Assembly (NCBI RefSeq): GCF_964204865.1
Contig: NC_135252.1
Span: 6,448,001 to 6,512,000 of the forward strand
Length of the DNA stretch: 64,000 bases
DNA from: Styela clava
Taxonomy: Eukaryota
Reading direction: 5' to 3'
Shown here one piece after another: positions 27,513 to 41,900 of this stretch. Both the position numbers and the translations under genes were made by a program. The first letter of the stretch is position 1; every line of letters begins with the position of its first letter. The notes below the pieces were generated by a model, which saw nothing but the letters and a program-made list of their open reading frames with translations, was not told where the DNA came from and made no database searches.

Positions 27513-30090
27513 ATCTAGATTCTAGACATACCTTCTCTCTTTCCTGTACCCATGCTACTGAAAAGAAACGATATCAATGTTTTACTATAATACGGTGTCG
27601 ATCTATATTTATTAGCGGGGGTCTCCATGATCTGTTTTGGCTATTTAAAACCCAAGCACAAGCAATGAAGTACCAATCACAGTCATAAGCAAACCTGGAA
27701 AATATCATATTACTCATAACAAAACGAGTCTACTACTTGTTGTCTCGAGCGAGACATCGAAACTCGGGTACTTGGAATTTCCCGACCAGGCTTTAATCCA
27801 GGCTTTGTTTGAAGTTAAGCAGAACTGCTATGAGTTTGAAAATTGAATACGTAATCTATCGAACCTTTTGAACTAAATCAAACTACAATGAAGAACCTTG
27901 TTTTGATTTGCAGTCACTATTGAATTGAAACAAAACGAGGAGTAGAATCAAGCAGGTGATAAAATGTAATATTTATTACAAATTATTAGTTGAGTGAAAC
28001 TCACTTTAATATTAGCTCCTGATATAAACCTAATTATCCACCCCTTCATAACCAGTGACTTTATTCCAAGTTTCCTCTTCTTGACCTATCCAGATCCTTG
28101 TAATTTGTTCAATTCAGTCTGCAAACGAGAATCGCCTAAATTATATATAAACGATTATATTGTCTACAGTCTCTACACTCCGAGTCTCATAGAATCCGGA
28201 TAGCAACTAAGATAGGATATTGAAGAGAGAATAAATTATAAAGTCAACATAAGTTCTGTTTGTGTAACTAACTCAAACAAAAAAACTGGACACTCCAGTT
28301 TGATGACATGTACATAAAATTACTGGATCGATCGAGTTTGGCAATGAAAATCCGATTCATATGCTTCATGCTGTACGACATTTTATGCACAATATTACTG
28401 AAGCAGACCTGATGAGTGTACGAAACCAGTTTTGTCTGACTTCAGGACCAACTCAGAAATTGCGAATTGTATCGTGGGACAATAGTGTAACTGTATAACG
28501 TAGAAAGGTCAATTTTTGGAGAAGAATTCAATATAATGCGATCATTTCGACACGTTTGGTTTATACGTTTCATACAATTTTTTATTTAACGACATATTTG
28601 GACGAGTCGGCGTTACGAAAACAATCTACGTGCTAGCAATCTTTTATAAATGTCACTCATCGCTTTCCGTTAAGTTTATTAATATTAAGTTGTTTGTCAA
28701 CGTTTTTTGGTGCCTATGTTTGGCCCCATTTGGCTGGAGGGCGTCAGATATTTAAATCTAGCTACAAATACTTACTCAGCTGATTTTCGATTTTGTAATG
28801 ACAATAGCATATTATCCTACTCACGTATTACTTTCTCCATTGTCACTGGATAACACTTAAAAACCGTTGAACAGTTATTGAAAATAACCCATAATTTTGA
28901 AATTGATCGTACGTAATTGATAACTGTTTTATAAGCTTGCTTGGTATTTAATAGAATAAATAAATTGACGCCGTTGACTGATTTCCTATTAACGTACGAA
29001 AATAAGATGTCACATCAATGATAAATTATAATTACCGCAGTTACATTAGTTATTAGTTAATATGTTACTAACGACTAAGATAATACTGACATTTTATTTA
29101 AATTTTACAATATTTGCCAGTTGATTGTATGGATAGAACTTATCGTGTCTATCCAACTCATCAAACATAGCAGTGCTAACGCGAATTATATATGGCTGAA
29201 TTCACGTTCACGTTTCTAGTTTGCAGTCACGTGTGATTTGTAACGGCGTTGTGATTGCAAAATTTGTTTGGTTTGTACTGTTTTTCAATCTAGAATATGA
29301 AATCAATCTCTGGCATTACGAGCCAAATGAGGTATTCAGAGACTATAGCCAATATTATTCCTCAACAACAGATAGAATGTATAATCATCTCGTGCCAATG
29401 TTTGATAAACGAACCACATAGTTTTCTACGTAGTAAAGAAAATCGGTATTTGTGCGTACCTGAGTGTCATATGAAATTGTACTTTTTTAGAAGACGATAA
29501 ACATTCCTGTTAATTGTATGCATGTTCAAAAATGAGTCTATATACACAAAGAAATGTTGTTGTACCATCAAATATAAGAAAAAGTATCGAAGCTGATAAA
29601 AAACAAGAGTGCATCCCAACAAACACAGTTGAAAGTTTTGGTTGACTGGTCCATATATTTCTTTTCATAAATAAGCTGTCCAACACGCCAGTACGCAAGC
29701 ACCGAATAAGTGAAATTCGTCCATGTCACGCCAGACGTTACAGTAATTAATTATCAACTGACAATGTACGTTATTTCAAAACAAAGAGAAACGGTATGAG
29801 ACAAACGTACGGATGTATCGCTTTATAGTAATTAATCTTAATGTCGAATCAAGCTGGATGATGTAGCAGTTACAGGATGCAGTTTCTTCTTGTTTTTGTG
29901 ATGCTATATTGCAAATATTTTTTTTTTCAACGAGGAATACTGCATAAATAGTCCACGTCTATTTGGCGCAGAGCATATGTGTAAGTGCTGTACTTGCGAG
30001 ATGTACTTCGATTTTCTTATCACTTAAGCGTTCGCGCAAGAAAGTGAACGTACTGTGTATCTCTTATGCGCACGCAAGGTTGTTGAATCT

Positions 30091-30150
30091 TCTACAAGGT
30101 TGTTGAATCTTATTTGCCGCAAAACAAATAAGATTCAACAACCTTGTAGA
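30091..30150. repeat. Perfect 26-bp inverted repeat with 8-nt loop, preceded by a 17-bp direct copy of the left arm
   Basis: tctacaaggttgttgaatcttatttg-ccgcaaaa-caaataagattcaacaaccttgtaga; caaggttgttgaatctt also at 30075-30091. Confidence 0.95.
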
Positions 30151-30415
30151 TAAAATGATCATGTAGCTAGCTATAATTTTTTTTGCAAACCCATGCGCGT
30201 TGTGTCATACTAGTTGATAATTTTATTGGCTGGCGCAATAACCAAAAAATAAAACGTCACAGATGCAAACCTCTAGATTTCAACCGATTAAGTTTTCACC
30301 AATTGAGTTACCAATTTACCTGTTGTCAAACTGTCAACTGATGGCAACACACCACTAACAATTAGCATTGTTAGATTTTCAGTTCCTAATAATTAAGAGA
30401 CTATTACTAGATAAA

Positions 30416-31530
30416 ATGAAAATCTCAGTTATTATCTTATTAGTCGTCTGTGTGACATCATCGCATGCCTTTACGTTAGATTTCCTCAGAGCTCGTCTTT
30501 CTTCTATGGTGAACTCAGCAAAAAAATGTTACGTCGGAGAAGATGAAAAATACAAGAGCACTAAATGCAAGATCGACGGAGTGAGTACATTATTATTGAA
30601 AATTGCCTTAAAACATTTTCCGGACATTTCGATATCAAACTTCAGGTACTTGAAGAAACAAAAGGCCCCAGAACTTACTTTTACTTTGTCCCATCAGACC
30701 CATATTTAACCCAAAACTTTGCTATTTTTTTATAATTTAGGAGAGGACCTTTTTTTTGGAAATTCTTCCAGGTGTCCGAATATTCAAGTATTGCCATCAT
30801 GTCCAATTATATGCTTAAAACCGGAATCGATCAAAGACTATAATTGGATTGATGTGTTACTCAATAAACTTGTCTGCGACCTCAATGCGATTAAAAATGC
30901 GAACAGAATCTCGAGCTAATCATTGAAAAGCAACCCAAGCTGTAAACTCAACTTTATTAATAATTGCTGTAAGATTTATTAGTTAGAAATTAACACAAAT
31001 GCACCAAACTATTTTTTCAGTCAGCTGCATGCGTAACGAAACTACTTTTTTCCGCCGATCAAGACCAGTCAGCAATAGTCACAAAATCTTGTATGGAAAA
31101 AAACGAATGCATGCAACTTTCGGATAAAAACAAGGAATTGTGTCCTAATGATGAGTCTGCAGAAGGAGTAAGTTGAGCAATAAAACGCAAAATTAAAACT
31201 TTATGAAACCATAAGTGGTTTATGGCTGCAAGTGGGCTAGCTTCGTGGAGGCTGAACATGGCCTAGTCCTAGTGTAAGCCTAAGCCCGATCTTATTATTG
31301 ATTTTCAGCCCTACGACAGCGAAACTGGTGATTGCTAACGAGTTTTGCAATTTTTCGCTTTTCTAAGAAATGAATACAGTGCGAAACAGTATGCTTAACT
31401 GTAGATGTTTAGTATATTCTTACTCTAACATACGACATCATTTTTACAGGAAAGAGTGTGCTACTACTGCTGTTTTACCGATGATTGTAATCAAGAAATA
31501 AAAATCAAAATTGTTTCCAAAGACGATTAG
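30416..31530 (+). CDS. Secreted three-finger (Ly6/uPAR) protein A, 130 aa
   Basis: Exons 30416-30580, 31021-31167, 31450-31530 (phases 0, 0). Signal MKISVIILLVVCVTSSHA; CYVGEDEKYKSTKCKIDGSAACVTK...KSCMEKNECMQLSDKNKELCPNDESAEGERVCYYCCFTDDCNQEIKIKIVSKDD*. CCxxxxCN LU-domain end; no hydrophobic GPI tail. Confidence 0.9.
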
Positions 31531-33772
31531 AACACTTTATGATATATTTTTGTTGACAACATTTGTTTATATTACATTCACACTTGTTAGGGGCATTTCT
31601 TTATGTACAACGGCGCGTGGAAGCGCTAATGAGTTTTATAGTTTTTTTTAGCTTAGAATTCTGCATATATTAATAAAAAAAAATGTCACTATGAACTGCA
31701 AACAAAAATGGGAAATTTTAAGATGTTTGCACAATAATTGATTACCTTGAATATCTTATATGATGAATTCTGATTGTGTATTTTCTATGATTAGTGATCA
31801 AGTAAGTTGTAGATGTACCGATCAACTGTGTTTTATATATTAATAAATATATATATAAAAAAAGAATTCTGCATGTTTCGTCATTGCCTAATTTAACTGT
31901 TTCTAAATGTGATGAAGCACTACAAGTTTTTTTCTCATGTTTTTGCATGTTTATTGTGTACTTTTATCAATCAATCATAAATGCAAAAAAGCAATTACAA
32001 TATTAAATGTCCGAAAAGAATATTTGTCTCATGCTTCTCAGTTTTGAAAACAGAGTGAATAGTAATCAATCGGCAGTCACCATTATGTCTAGCATAACTA
32101 ACCAGCGGGTGGGGTCCCAGAGTCGGATCGCGGTTACGCGTGTGGTATCGTAGCAGGGGTTTTATCTACAAGATTATAAACAACATTTTGCCGATAATAC
32201 AGCCTCGACACCGGTTGTTCAATAGATTTATACAATATCTATAACAAGAAAGTGGCACGTTTGTATATAACTAGTGCTGCCCCATTCACAATAAAAACGA
32301 GTTCTGAAGCAACGCACGTCATAGTAACCAACTCTAAATTACTGATTTTTTTCGAATTAGGGGAAACAATTTTAATGACTGACTTATATTGCTAGTATCT
32401 AATTATGCAATAAATACCTTATCTGTACACTGGATGTGGCGTTTGCACAAAGATCACAATATGTAGGATAGATTGGAAGGTAGAGCGACTTGGCGACAGC
32501 CGCTTTCTTGTGAATTATGAAGGAGGCAATCGCAACCAAAAAAAGATGTACACTTGCAGTAGTATTCGGTTGTTTACTGTCACAACATCGCCATGCACGT
32601 ACTTAAATTACACATGCTTAAATCAAATTTATACAACCTAATTAACATTTTCAAATATTCATGTAAACCATTTACATCGCCGTAGTTTTCAGAGACAGTT
32701 CGTTTCCGATCGGCAGTTGATGCTGCACTAGGTGAGGTTCATCTATTTCATAATAGGCGACAGACTACTTAATTCTCAAATAGCAAGTTAACTACTTTTA
32801 AAACAAAGAGTAGCAATATGAGACAAACTTACGGATGCATCGTTCAGATAGTAATTATTCATGTCAAATCAACTAAAACTCAGATGATTTCATTGTCGGT
32901 TGGTGTAGTTACAGGATGCAGTGTTTCTTGTTGTGCTGCATGGTGTTCTATTGCATATATGTACTGCATTGCACTATTTTTTTAATGATAAATAAAGCAT
33001 AAATAGTCTACGTAAATTATATCAAGAGCAGAGGTACGGATGCTACTCTTGCAGAGGTACGGGTGCTGCCGGTTTCGATTAAACGTATACACTTTGTATA
33101 AATGTCACGCGCTACCGGAATTAAAATCGCTTGTTGAAAAAGCGCTACAACGAGATTGGTATATAGAAATTTCAGATACAGTGAGATTAGTTGAAACAAC
33201 ATTGCTTGTCCATTTTTTTTTTTTATAAATTCTTTGTGGATATGGTGAGGTGAACGCAAACCAAGCTTTTTGTCCAGGAAAAGAGCCATCGAAATATGCA
33301 AGAACCTTAAGAAAAAGCAGCATTATATTGCTCATAGCACCGACAAAAATCCATTCTCGACATCATTTGTCCAAGTTGAATTTGATTCCTAATGCCAGAC
33401 TAAAACCTGATTTGCAACTTAGGGAGATAACTTATCATGATTATAATTCAGTAATGCCCTCGACTGCCCTTTGCTTCCTTGTAATAAACAGTAGAGTATT
33501 TCTTATAACAAATTCTTTGTTTTAGGGGTTATTTCGAAGTAACTAGATCGTGATTTCAATTCGACAGCACGAAGTAGAAACAAATAATTCAAATACGGCA
33601 ATTATTCCCCCATGTGACCTATCGATTCCAAACATCGATTGATATTGTACCAATTGTGTTACCGATTTACTCGCTATCGAATCGTAAGTGAATTATAATG
33701 ACAGCGCACCAGTAACAATTAGTAATATTGTATTTCCAGTTTTCAATAATTAAAAGAATATTGCTGGATGAA

Positions 33773-35096
33773 ATGAAAATCTTCGTTATTATTTTAGTCG
33801 TCTGCGTGACATCATCTCAGGCCTTCACGTTATATTTCCTCAGAACGCGTCTCTCATCTATGGTGAACTCATCAAAAAAATGTTACGTCGGAAAAAATGA
33901 CAAATATATGAGTGATTCATGCGAAATTGACGGAGTGAGTATATTGTTATTTGAAATTGCTTTGATACAATTTTTATTTTTTATCTAACACATCACATAT
34001 ATCACATTAACATCACATCTAACACACACAGCGTTTTGCCAAATTCTTGTCGTTATTTGTTAAAAAAATGCTAATAGACTGTTCGATTTCAAACCTTTAA
34101 TATTTAAACATGGATTGGGTCCCTTGAACGCAAATAGTTTTCTTTTTTTATGGTACACGACATTTTATCCAAACTTTACTTTATTTTTAAATTGAAGAGG
34201 CATACTTTTCAATCCGTATTGCTCGGTAGTCTAAGTTCTTACCGTACCGGCACGTATGGACAAACGTCGTGTCCGTGTAATTCAAGTATTGCTCGCATGT
34301 CCAATTATATGTTTATAACCGCTGGCAATAATAGGCTGGGTGAACTATTCAAAAAAAAACTAATTTTGCCATCTATGAGAATAAAACTACGAAAGATAGA
34401 AACTCGAATGGAATGTACCTATTTTTAATAATGGCTATGAAATTTATTAGTTAAAAATGAACCAAACTTTTTTGCAGTTAGCTGCATGCGTAACGAAGCT
34501 ACTTTTGCCCGTTGATCAAGACCAATCAGCAATAGTCACAAAATCGTGTATGGAGAAAAACGAGTGCATGGAACTCTCGAATAAAAACAATGAATTGTGT
34601 CTTAATGATGAATCCGCAGAAGGAGTGAGTTTATAATAAATAAAACGCAAAATTTAAGGGTGTTAAGCAATGAGTGGTTGACAGTTGTTAGTGGGATAGC
34701 CCAATGCGGGCTGAACATGGCGAGGCCTGAATCCAACTCTGATTATTGATTCTGAGGCAAAATACAGCACGAATTGATGATTGTCAACTTTTTATTATCT
34801 GCCATAGTCTTCATTCTGAGTTTGGTTAATAATAATAAAACATAGTACGGGAAAATAGGCTCAAGTGTAAGCGTGTGGTCTATTTACTACTGTATCATAG
34901 AATGTTATTCATCAGTGATATCACAAATTTCGAAAAGTTTAGTTTTCTAATGTCTTTTTTTTTCGAGTGTTATAATTCTATCATAAACTATGTATCATAC
35001 TTTTTACAGGAAAGTGTGTGTTACTACTGCTGTTATACCGATGATTGTAATCAAGAGATACAAATCAATATTATTCCCAAAAGTACTAGCGATTGA
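33773..35096 (+). CDS. Secreted three-finger (Ly6/uPAR) protein B, 131 aa; recent tandem duplicate of A
   Basis: Exons 33773-33934, 34478-34624, 35010-35096. CYVGKNDKYMSDSCEIDGLAACVTK...KSCMEKNECMELSNKNNELCLNDESAEGESVCYYCCYTDDCNQEIQINIIPKSTSD*. Flanking non-coding DNA is also homologous to A (29780-29960 vs 32800-33015; 31930-32100 vs 35400-35510). Confidence 0.9.
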
Positions 35097-36045
35097 AGAT
35101 TCAAAATATATTTTTGTATATTTCATGCTAACACAATTTGTTTAAATGAAAATTTCATACCCCATGACATATCATCTTGCATTATCGTATATTCCCACGT
35201 TTTCAACAATGCTTAGTCATTTATTCGTTACTGCATTTTCCAGTTTTTATTTTTATTTAGTTACGAATTCATCTACTTTTGTTGTTCGCTTGTTGGAAAC
35301 ATTATTGTAACAAATGAAAATTGTGTCTCGTTTCACTTTATAATACTGTTGCTAAATGGGAGGAATCATTTTTATTTGTACTACGAAAATCAAAAAATCT
35401 TTCCTATGTTTTATATGTCTATTGCGTACTTTAATCAACCAATGATAAATAGTAAGAAGCAATTATACTATTAAATGTAATGCTTTTGCTAGCATATGTC
35501 TAGCATAACGTACTAATAGATAGGGATTACAGTATTTTGTGGAGTTACAGTCTGGACAGTACAGTTGAGAAGCAACATACCGTACAATTAACAATACAAT
35601 ACTGTTTACGAAACAACGGCAAATATTTTTCTAAGCAAAATTCATCCTAGCAATTATCCTTGTGTTTTTTCATCATCTGAAAGTCACAATACAACTAACG
35701 ATATATATACTTGATAAAATCTGATCAATCGCTATGCAAGATATAAAAATTGGTTTCATGTTGCATTAACATTGAACAACGTTGATGTCAAATCTTAAAG
35801 CTCAATTGAGCGTCTGAATTCAATCTGCCAGACTTTAAACACTGAACGAGTGAGAACCTTTAGATTTTAGATCGAAAATATATTTCTCTGTCAACTTCCT
35901 ATTTGCGGTTTAAAATAATGGAATCAACAAGCAATTTTATTTTATTTTGATGTTTTATTACACTCCAACATACAATGCTCGCTTTTTTATTTGATTTTTT
36001 TCTGCTGGAAAAAAATCTGAAGTGAAGTATCTTGCGAGTTGCAAC

Positions 36046-36260
36046 CTAGGCTAACCCTCTCTCTATTCTCTCAATGACATAGTTGTCGTTGTTGCAACCA
36101 TCTGTGAAACAGCAATAGTTGCAGACTGTTCCCTAAAAAATAATATATTTATAATTTCATAAGAATGCACACGCTTCATTATATTAATGTTACATTAGAC
36201 ACAAAACTGCTTTCGAACTGTTGGTAAGCAAAACGCCGTTACAGCAAAGTTTAAAATTAC

Positions 36261-36292
<32 letters not shown>

Positions 36293-37236
36293 GCTTATCA
36301 GCAGGCATAGCATATATGACGCTGACACATTCTAAAAATGGTAGATTAAAAAGAAGCAAAAGTTTATATTCATTTTGTTGCATTTTTGTTTTATTTTTTT
36401 CAACATTGCACTAATTTCCTAATAATTTTTGTTTGGCATCAGTGCTGACATAACGAAATGATCATATAATGTGATTTGCTCAACAATTACACCCGGGTTT
36501 GAATAAATATTATCTGAAATTCTGCTGTTACACCCAAATCTTACATCGATTGCAGTTTCTCCTGCAGTTTTGCACGCTTCCACATTTTGGCTGCCCAATT
36601 CTAGGCATTCTGATACCGGCATGCACTGACTTTCAACCTCAGCATTTTCGTGTAGGCCCGTATATCCGTTCGTAAATGTAATCTTGGTGTGGCACGCCAT
36701 CTAAAAATATATGACAAATATTCGGTATTTTTATATGTTTAGACTAGAACATCAACGTCAGCTACAATTTATACAAACTGATCAAAATTTTCAATGAATG
36801 TTGTTATTTCTGATTTTCCAAATAATTAATCATTTTTAATGATAATAAGTCGAAATTTAAAATTGGATTTAGAAAAAAAAATTTGTTAAAATATTTTTGA
36901 AAAATCTGATGCCTATCTAATTTCAAATATGAACATGGACATAATAATGAACAATATAACTGCCATAAATTATGACCTAATTCCAATTTACTAAAAATCA
37001 GAAAAGTTAATAAAATAAGATTTATTAGAACGAGCATGTATGGGCAAGACACATACAATAATTCTGTGACCTTGAAATGAAGGAAGTTAACTCACAATCT
37101 GACGCGTGGAACATTGAAATCGAAATGATTTCTCAGAGAAGCGCAAGTAACATTTAGGTGATGTCGTTATTGCCGGCCATTCAGCAGCCAACGTCAATGA
37201 TACGAAGGTGTATAGAAAAATCGCTGCAATTTTCAT
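36046..37236 (-). CDS. Secreted three-finger (Ly6/uPAR) protein C, 127 aa
   Basis: Exons 37236-37096, 36700-36545, 36132-36046. MKIAAIFLYTFVSLTLAAEWPAITTSPKCYLRFSEKSFRFQCSTRQIMACHTK...SQCMPVSECLELGSQNVEACKTAGETAIDGTVCNYCCFTDGCNNDNYVIERIERGLA*. Confidence 0.9.
36265..36290. repeat. (TA)n microsatellite
   Basis: Uninterrupted TA dinucleotide run; a second one lies near 25535-25554. Confidence 0.9.
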
Positions 37237-38992
37237 ATTTATGCCTTGTAACTTCAAATAAATCGACTATGCTAATGATATCACCTTTAATAAAATATAA
37301 ATAATATATAAATTGGTAATGTCATCGTATATATGCAAGAAATATGTCATAAACTTCAAGATAATATAATCGAATCTCGAACTTGAAAACATCGGTCCCA
37401 AACAATGATAAAATACCTGGCGAACAAATCAGCATCCACAATACGAGTCAAACATTAAGAAAATGCTCCATTTTTTTTATAGAATTCTGTCATAGTTTTG
37501 TTTCACGACTTTTTGTTTGCGGTACCTTATATTATACTACAATTGCTTGAACTAACTGCCGTTGACGTATACACATTATTATACCATTAAGAAAGCAGAA
37601 AAACCAAGTGAGTTTGATTATGTTAAATTTTTGAAGTAATTCAGCAATAATGGGCGCCAAATTCAAGACCGTTTTTTCAAATAGGAAAGTTATGTTTCTA
37701 GGAAAATCTACTCGCTTATACCAGCCTAGAGTCCAAGAAAGTACGCTGGAAGAACAATTTCCGCACATGAGTTTTATTCATTTTTTCTGACGGAAAGGTA
37801 AACCAAACCGATATTATTACTCGTTATTTTAGTCCGATAAGGTTTTAAAATGCCAATGCTTTTCACTAACTCTTAGCTTCGCACCATATCAACAGGTCCC
37901 ACTACAAATTCAATAATCTTTATGAAAAGGGTCAACTATCATATTTCGTACTTGACGTCTCCCTTGGGTGTAGTGGAACTAATGAAATCTTGTGTACAGA
38001 ACGTGCAAATTTATTGAATCCAGTATTGAAATGTTTCCGCTGCAGACAGCGTCATGCATTACTTAAATGCATAAATATAAATCATCCTGACTGCATCCCA
38101 CAGGAAACTACATTTTTTGATCGAAGTAAGCACCGTCGAAATCAGTAGGCTATATCATATTTCGGAGTTTTTATTATAAATCATGAAAACCAATTTTGAA
38201 ATTTGTTATTAGCAATTTGTTATATTGTCTTGCGTGGGTTTATTTTAAATAGCAATGTAACGTAAAGCTCAATATATAAATCAAACTACGCGACCAAACT
38301 AAATTCAACTACGAGAATGACACCTCGATAGCGTGTCAACGTACAGATTCAAATTAATTTATTTCCTGTTGCTCTGGCTTTTAAAGCCTTTTTAGCTCAA
38401 GCGGAAATCGTATAAACAAGCTATTGAATTTATTTCATTGAATTCGGCTTTTTGATATTTCCGTCCCAGTCTGAATCTCTAAGGCAAAGTTGTATCCATT
38501 TGAATCCTTCTCAAGTTTCCCCCGTATAGGAAATGACTAAATATTTCTGCGAACAACTCTCCGGGAATTTAGCAGCAATTGAGTTCACAGCAAGTACGAC
38601 TTTGTATAGAGTGCATCACTTTTACCTTAGAAGCAGGTTTAAATTATTAAAATTAAAATATAAAAGATGTGCTATTCATGATATTTTTGGGCTTGCTTTT
38701 ACACACTATTTAAAACATATTTTAAGGGGAAGCAAGTTAGGACTAACTAGAAAAACCAGGAATCCAAATTAATTCGTCCATTGATTTATTTTGTATGCGC
38801 TATTTTCTTAAATTTTCAAATTTAAACTGCGCTGTAGTCACTTTTCCGCCTGCTTACTGAAACCTTGTATGACTAAAATAAATTTCATCACCATATCTAA
38901 TGTATTTCAAAGATAGTTTGTCACAAGATACAGAATTAGTCTAACACACATTCATAGAGAACTCGTCCCAATCGTGCCTTTTATTCCCAAGA

Positions 38993-41900
38993 TTATTTTT
39001 CTTTCTTTCCCAACTTTTCTTGCAATATTTTCTCGAGGGCAACATTGTCGTTGCAATTGCTTGTGTTGCAGCAATAATGGCATATTTGCACCTGTAATAA
39101 TAATTTGGATCGATATTTCGATGCTGTATATATTAGGTTTTAACCACTCAGATCACTGGGCGATTGGTACAAACGCCTAAGCAAGGACACACTGAATCTA
39201 CGACGCTATGGAGTTAAGAGTCGGGTATAGTTTTCGTGTTTTGGCTTAAGATTGAAATCTAAATTCAAATATTTAAAATTTGTTCCTAACTTTATCAATC
39301 CATGCTAATTCATCAATTTTATTAGGAATGTCATATACGTTTCCCAATATTAAAAGTTTTAGAAATTCAAATAAAAAAAATGTAGGCCCAATTTACGCCG
39401 GGGCATGATACAGAAAAAATAATAGGCTACAACTCAAACCAGAAAATGTTCGATTTGCTTGGGACTCCATATCAGATGCTATTCTTGGATTATACAATCT
39501 CTTATTTATTGAGCAAATATTGCTGTACTGAGGAAAAATCAGAAAAAGAGCACACTGATTTTCAATGGTATCGATGCGTTGAAATATGCCACTTACTTGA
39601 TCTGTGTTCAAGTGAATGCATTTTAACATGCATTTATAGTTTCAAGAAAAATTGTCTGGTGAATTTGATATAGTTGCATAGAGTTGAACTTTCTTGTATT
39701 TCTCAGAAAATATAGACTGACTGATTGGAATGAGAACGACTTTATGGAATCAAATTCGTAACCTGTTCTTAGTGTTTGAGTTGGGAAATTCGAACGTTTT
39801 ATTTCAAGAAACGGGAGCAACAGTTGAGTATTGTGACCCTATTCATTAACTTCCGCTTCATTGTAATTAATACAATTATATTAGCAGTGGTACTTCGAAG
39901 TTAGTAGAATTTTCTATATATAGAAACAATAAAACACTCGGGCAGACGGTATAAATTACAAGAAGTAGAAAAGAACACTCCAACCCAATTTGTTTATTTT
40001 TATTCGAGAAATATTGTATTGTGACTAAATGTTTAATGCTTACTACGGCTATATTTACTCAGAAATTGCAAGATCAAGCAGTGCTTGAAGCTGTGAACTG
40101 TGATACAGCACTATATTTTACTACGCTATAAGGGGTGCTCCTGAAGTATGCGAACCAGGTTGCAGGTACCAGGTTAGGGTTATGCCATAATGTTATTTTC
40201 ATTTCCCGTAGTTTAGTTCTATTGCAAGTTCTGGGACTAGCCAAGTGGCTCCCGTAGTATTTGTACCTGATATTAGGGCCTAACCCTAACCTTGTACACA
40301 TACTACGTTTGGTGTCCGCCATCTTGGTACGCATACTTCAGGAGTATCCTATATGGACATACTGTGGGTTATATTGTCCTCTGAAGGCGTTGGATATTTC
40401 AGTCCTGAGGGAATTTAGTACCAGCCCACGTTTGTCTGTGCTAGTAAAAAGATAAAGATCACCGTTTCTGTAATGATAACAATACTGCCTAACCGAGTTT
40501 TATCACCTGATTTCTTTTTGCTTGAGGTCCCCTACATTGTATTCTATTTTGACTTTGTAGATTCTTGCATGGTTCTTCTTCCTTGCATTCTCTCATCACA
40601 TGAACCAAATCATGATTGTAAACAATCTTCGTCAAGCAATTTCCCTAATAAAATATGCAAATAATAAACCTTTGATTTTGTTCTAATTCGTATTGTTCTA
40701 ATCTAATTTTTTAGTTCATTCGACCGAGATTCACTCTCAATTTTTTTTTTTTTCATTTCTACTAGAAGGCTTGCAAAATTGCTTTAATTTGAATGATCGT
40801 TTTTGTACTAAATAAGCTTGGACATAAAAATCTTGTTTCTCTGTTGGATGAAACATGGCGGACTGGTGTGGCTGGTTTTATGGGATGGGATCTTATAGTA
40901 ACACCTAGGCCCAGGTCATGTGACCCCGTGACGCGCTTGCCACGTTTCGGCTTTTGTGTTTTACAAAATTAGGACACTCGGCTGAGGGATAGCGCGCGAC
41001 ACGCACCCCGACTGCGACTACAAGCTTTTGTCTCAACTTTGAGTTAAGTTATTTTACCGTTTTATTGCATCTTCATATCGAATTTATTGTTATCATTTTA
41101 ACTGAAGAATATAATACACAACCAAGATTTTACACGTTTTTAACTACTAGAGACTTGAAAGCGGACAGCTGAAAGGAAGCGCAGTCTCGACACGGAGAGT
41201 CTATGGGACCATAGCAACATACCCTACACATGATTCTGTGCATTTTTGTTGGATTTGTTTGCATGGACTGGCTTTAGCACCGATGATATAATCCCTACAG
41301 GCTACACTATATGAGACATCATTGGTCCATATATTGGCAAAATAATCTCATACTAATCAAATGCCTATGATTGTGCTACCTGAATTTAGGCCTCAGACTG
41401 AGTTTCTGAGTTTAATCACGACCGAAGACACAGCGCCAAGATGCCATGACAAAATTCTGAGTGACATTTTTCTTTATAAATATTGCCTCTAGCAGAACCA
41501 AAAATTGTTTCCGTGCAATATATTATGAATATTTAAATCAAAATACAAAAAATAAATGTTATTAAAACAGAAGCAAGATTTTTAACTTGAAGAAACCCTA
41601 TTTTTGGCGAGTTGTAATCAGAAGACGTCAGTTTTTTTTCCCTCGAGTGTCATATCCATATTTTATAAATAATTGAAATCAACTTTATACCTTTTGTGAT
41701 GGACACCGAACTTCTTTAAAATTATCGTTTTCTCCAGTAAGACAAGTTTTGCTTCCAGAAATCGATTGCTGTAATCTTCCAGAAGCGAGAATAGCATTCA
41801 CCAGACCGGCAAAAGCTGTTAAAAATGATTTGAACTAAATATTGCATATAGAGTCAAATTTGAATTTTATAGCATCTATTTAAAATATCGAAAAACGTCC

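Noticed and set aside
27700-29700. Search for a sixth three-finger paralogue here and in 42300-44600 and 46600-48000
   Set aside because: No CCxxxxCN exon or matching signal exon seen by eye; a tBLASTn would be decisive.
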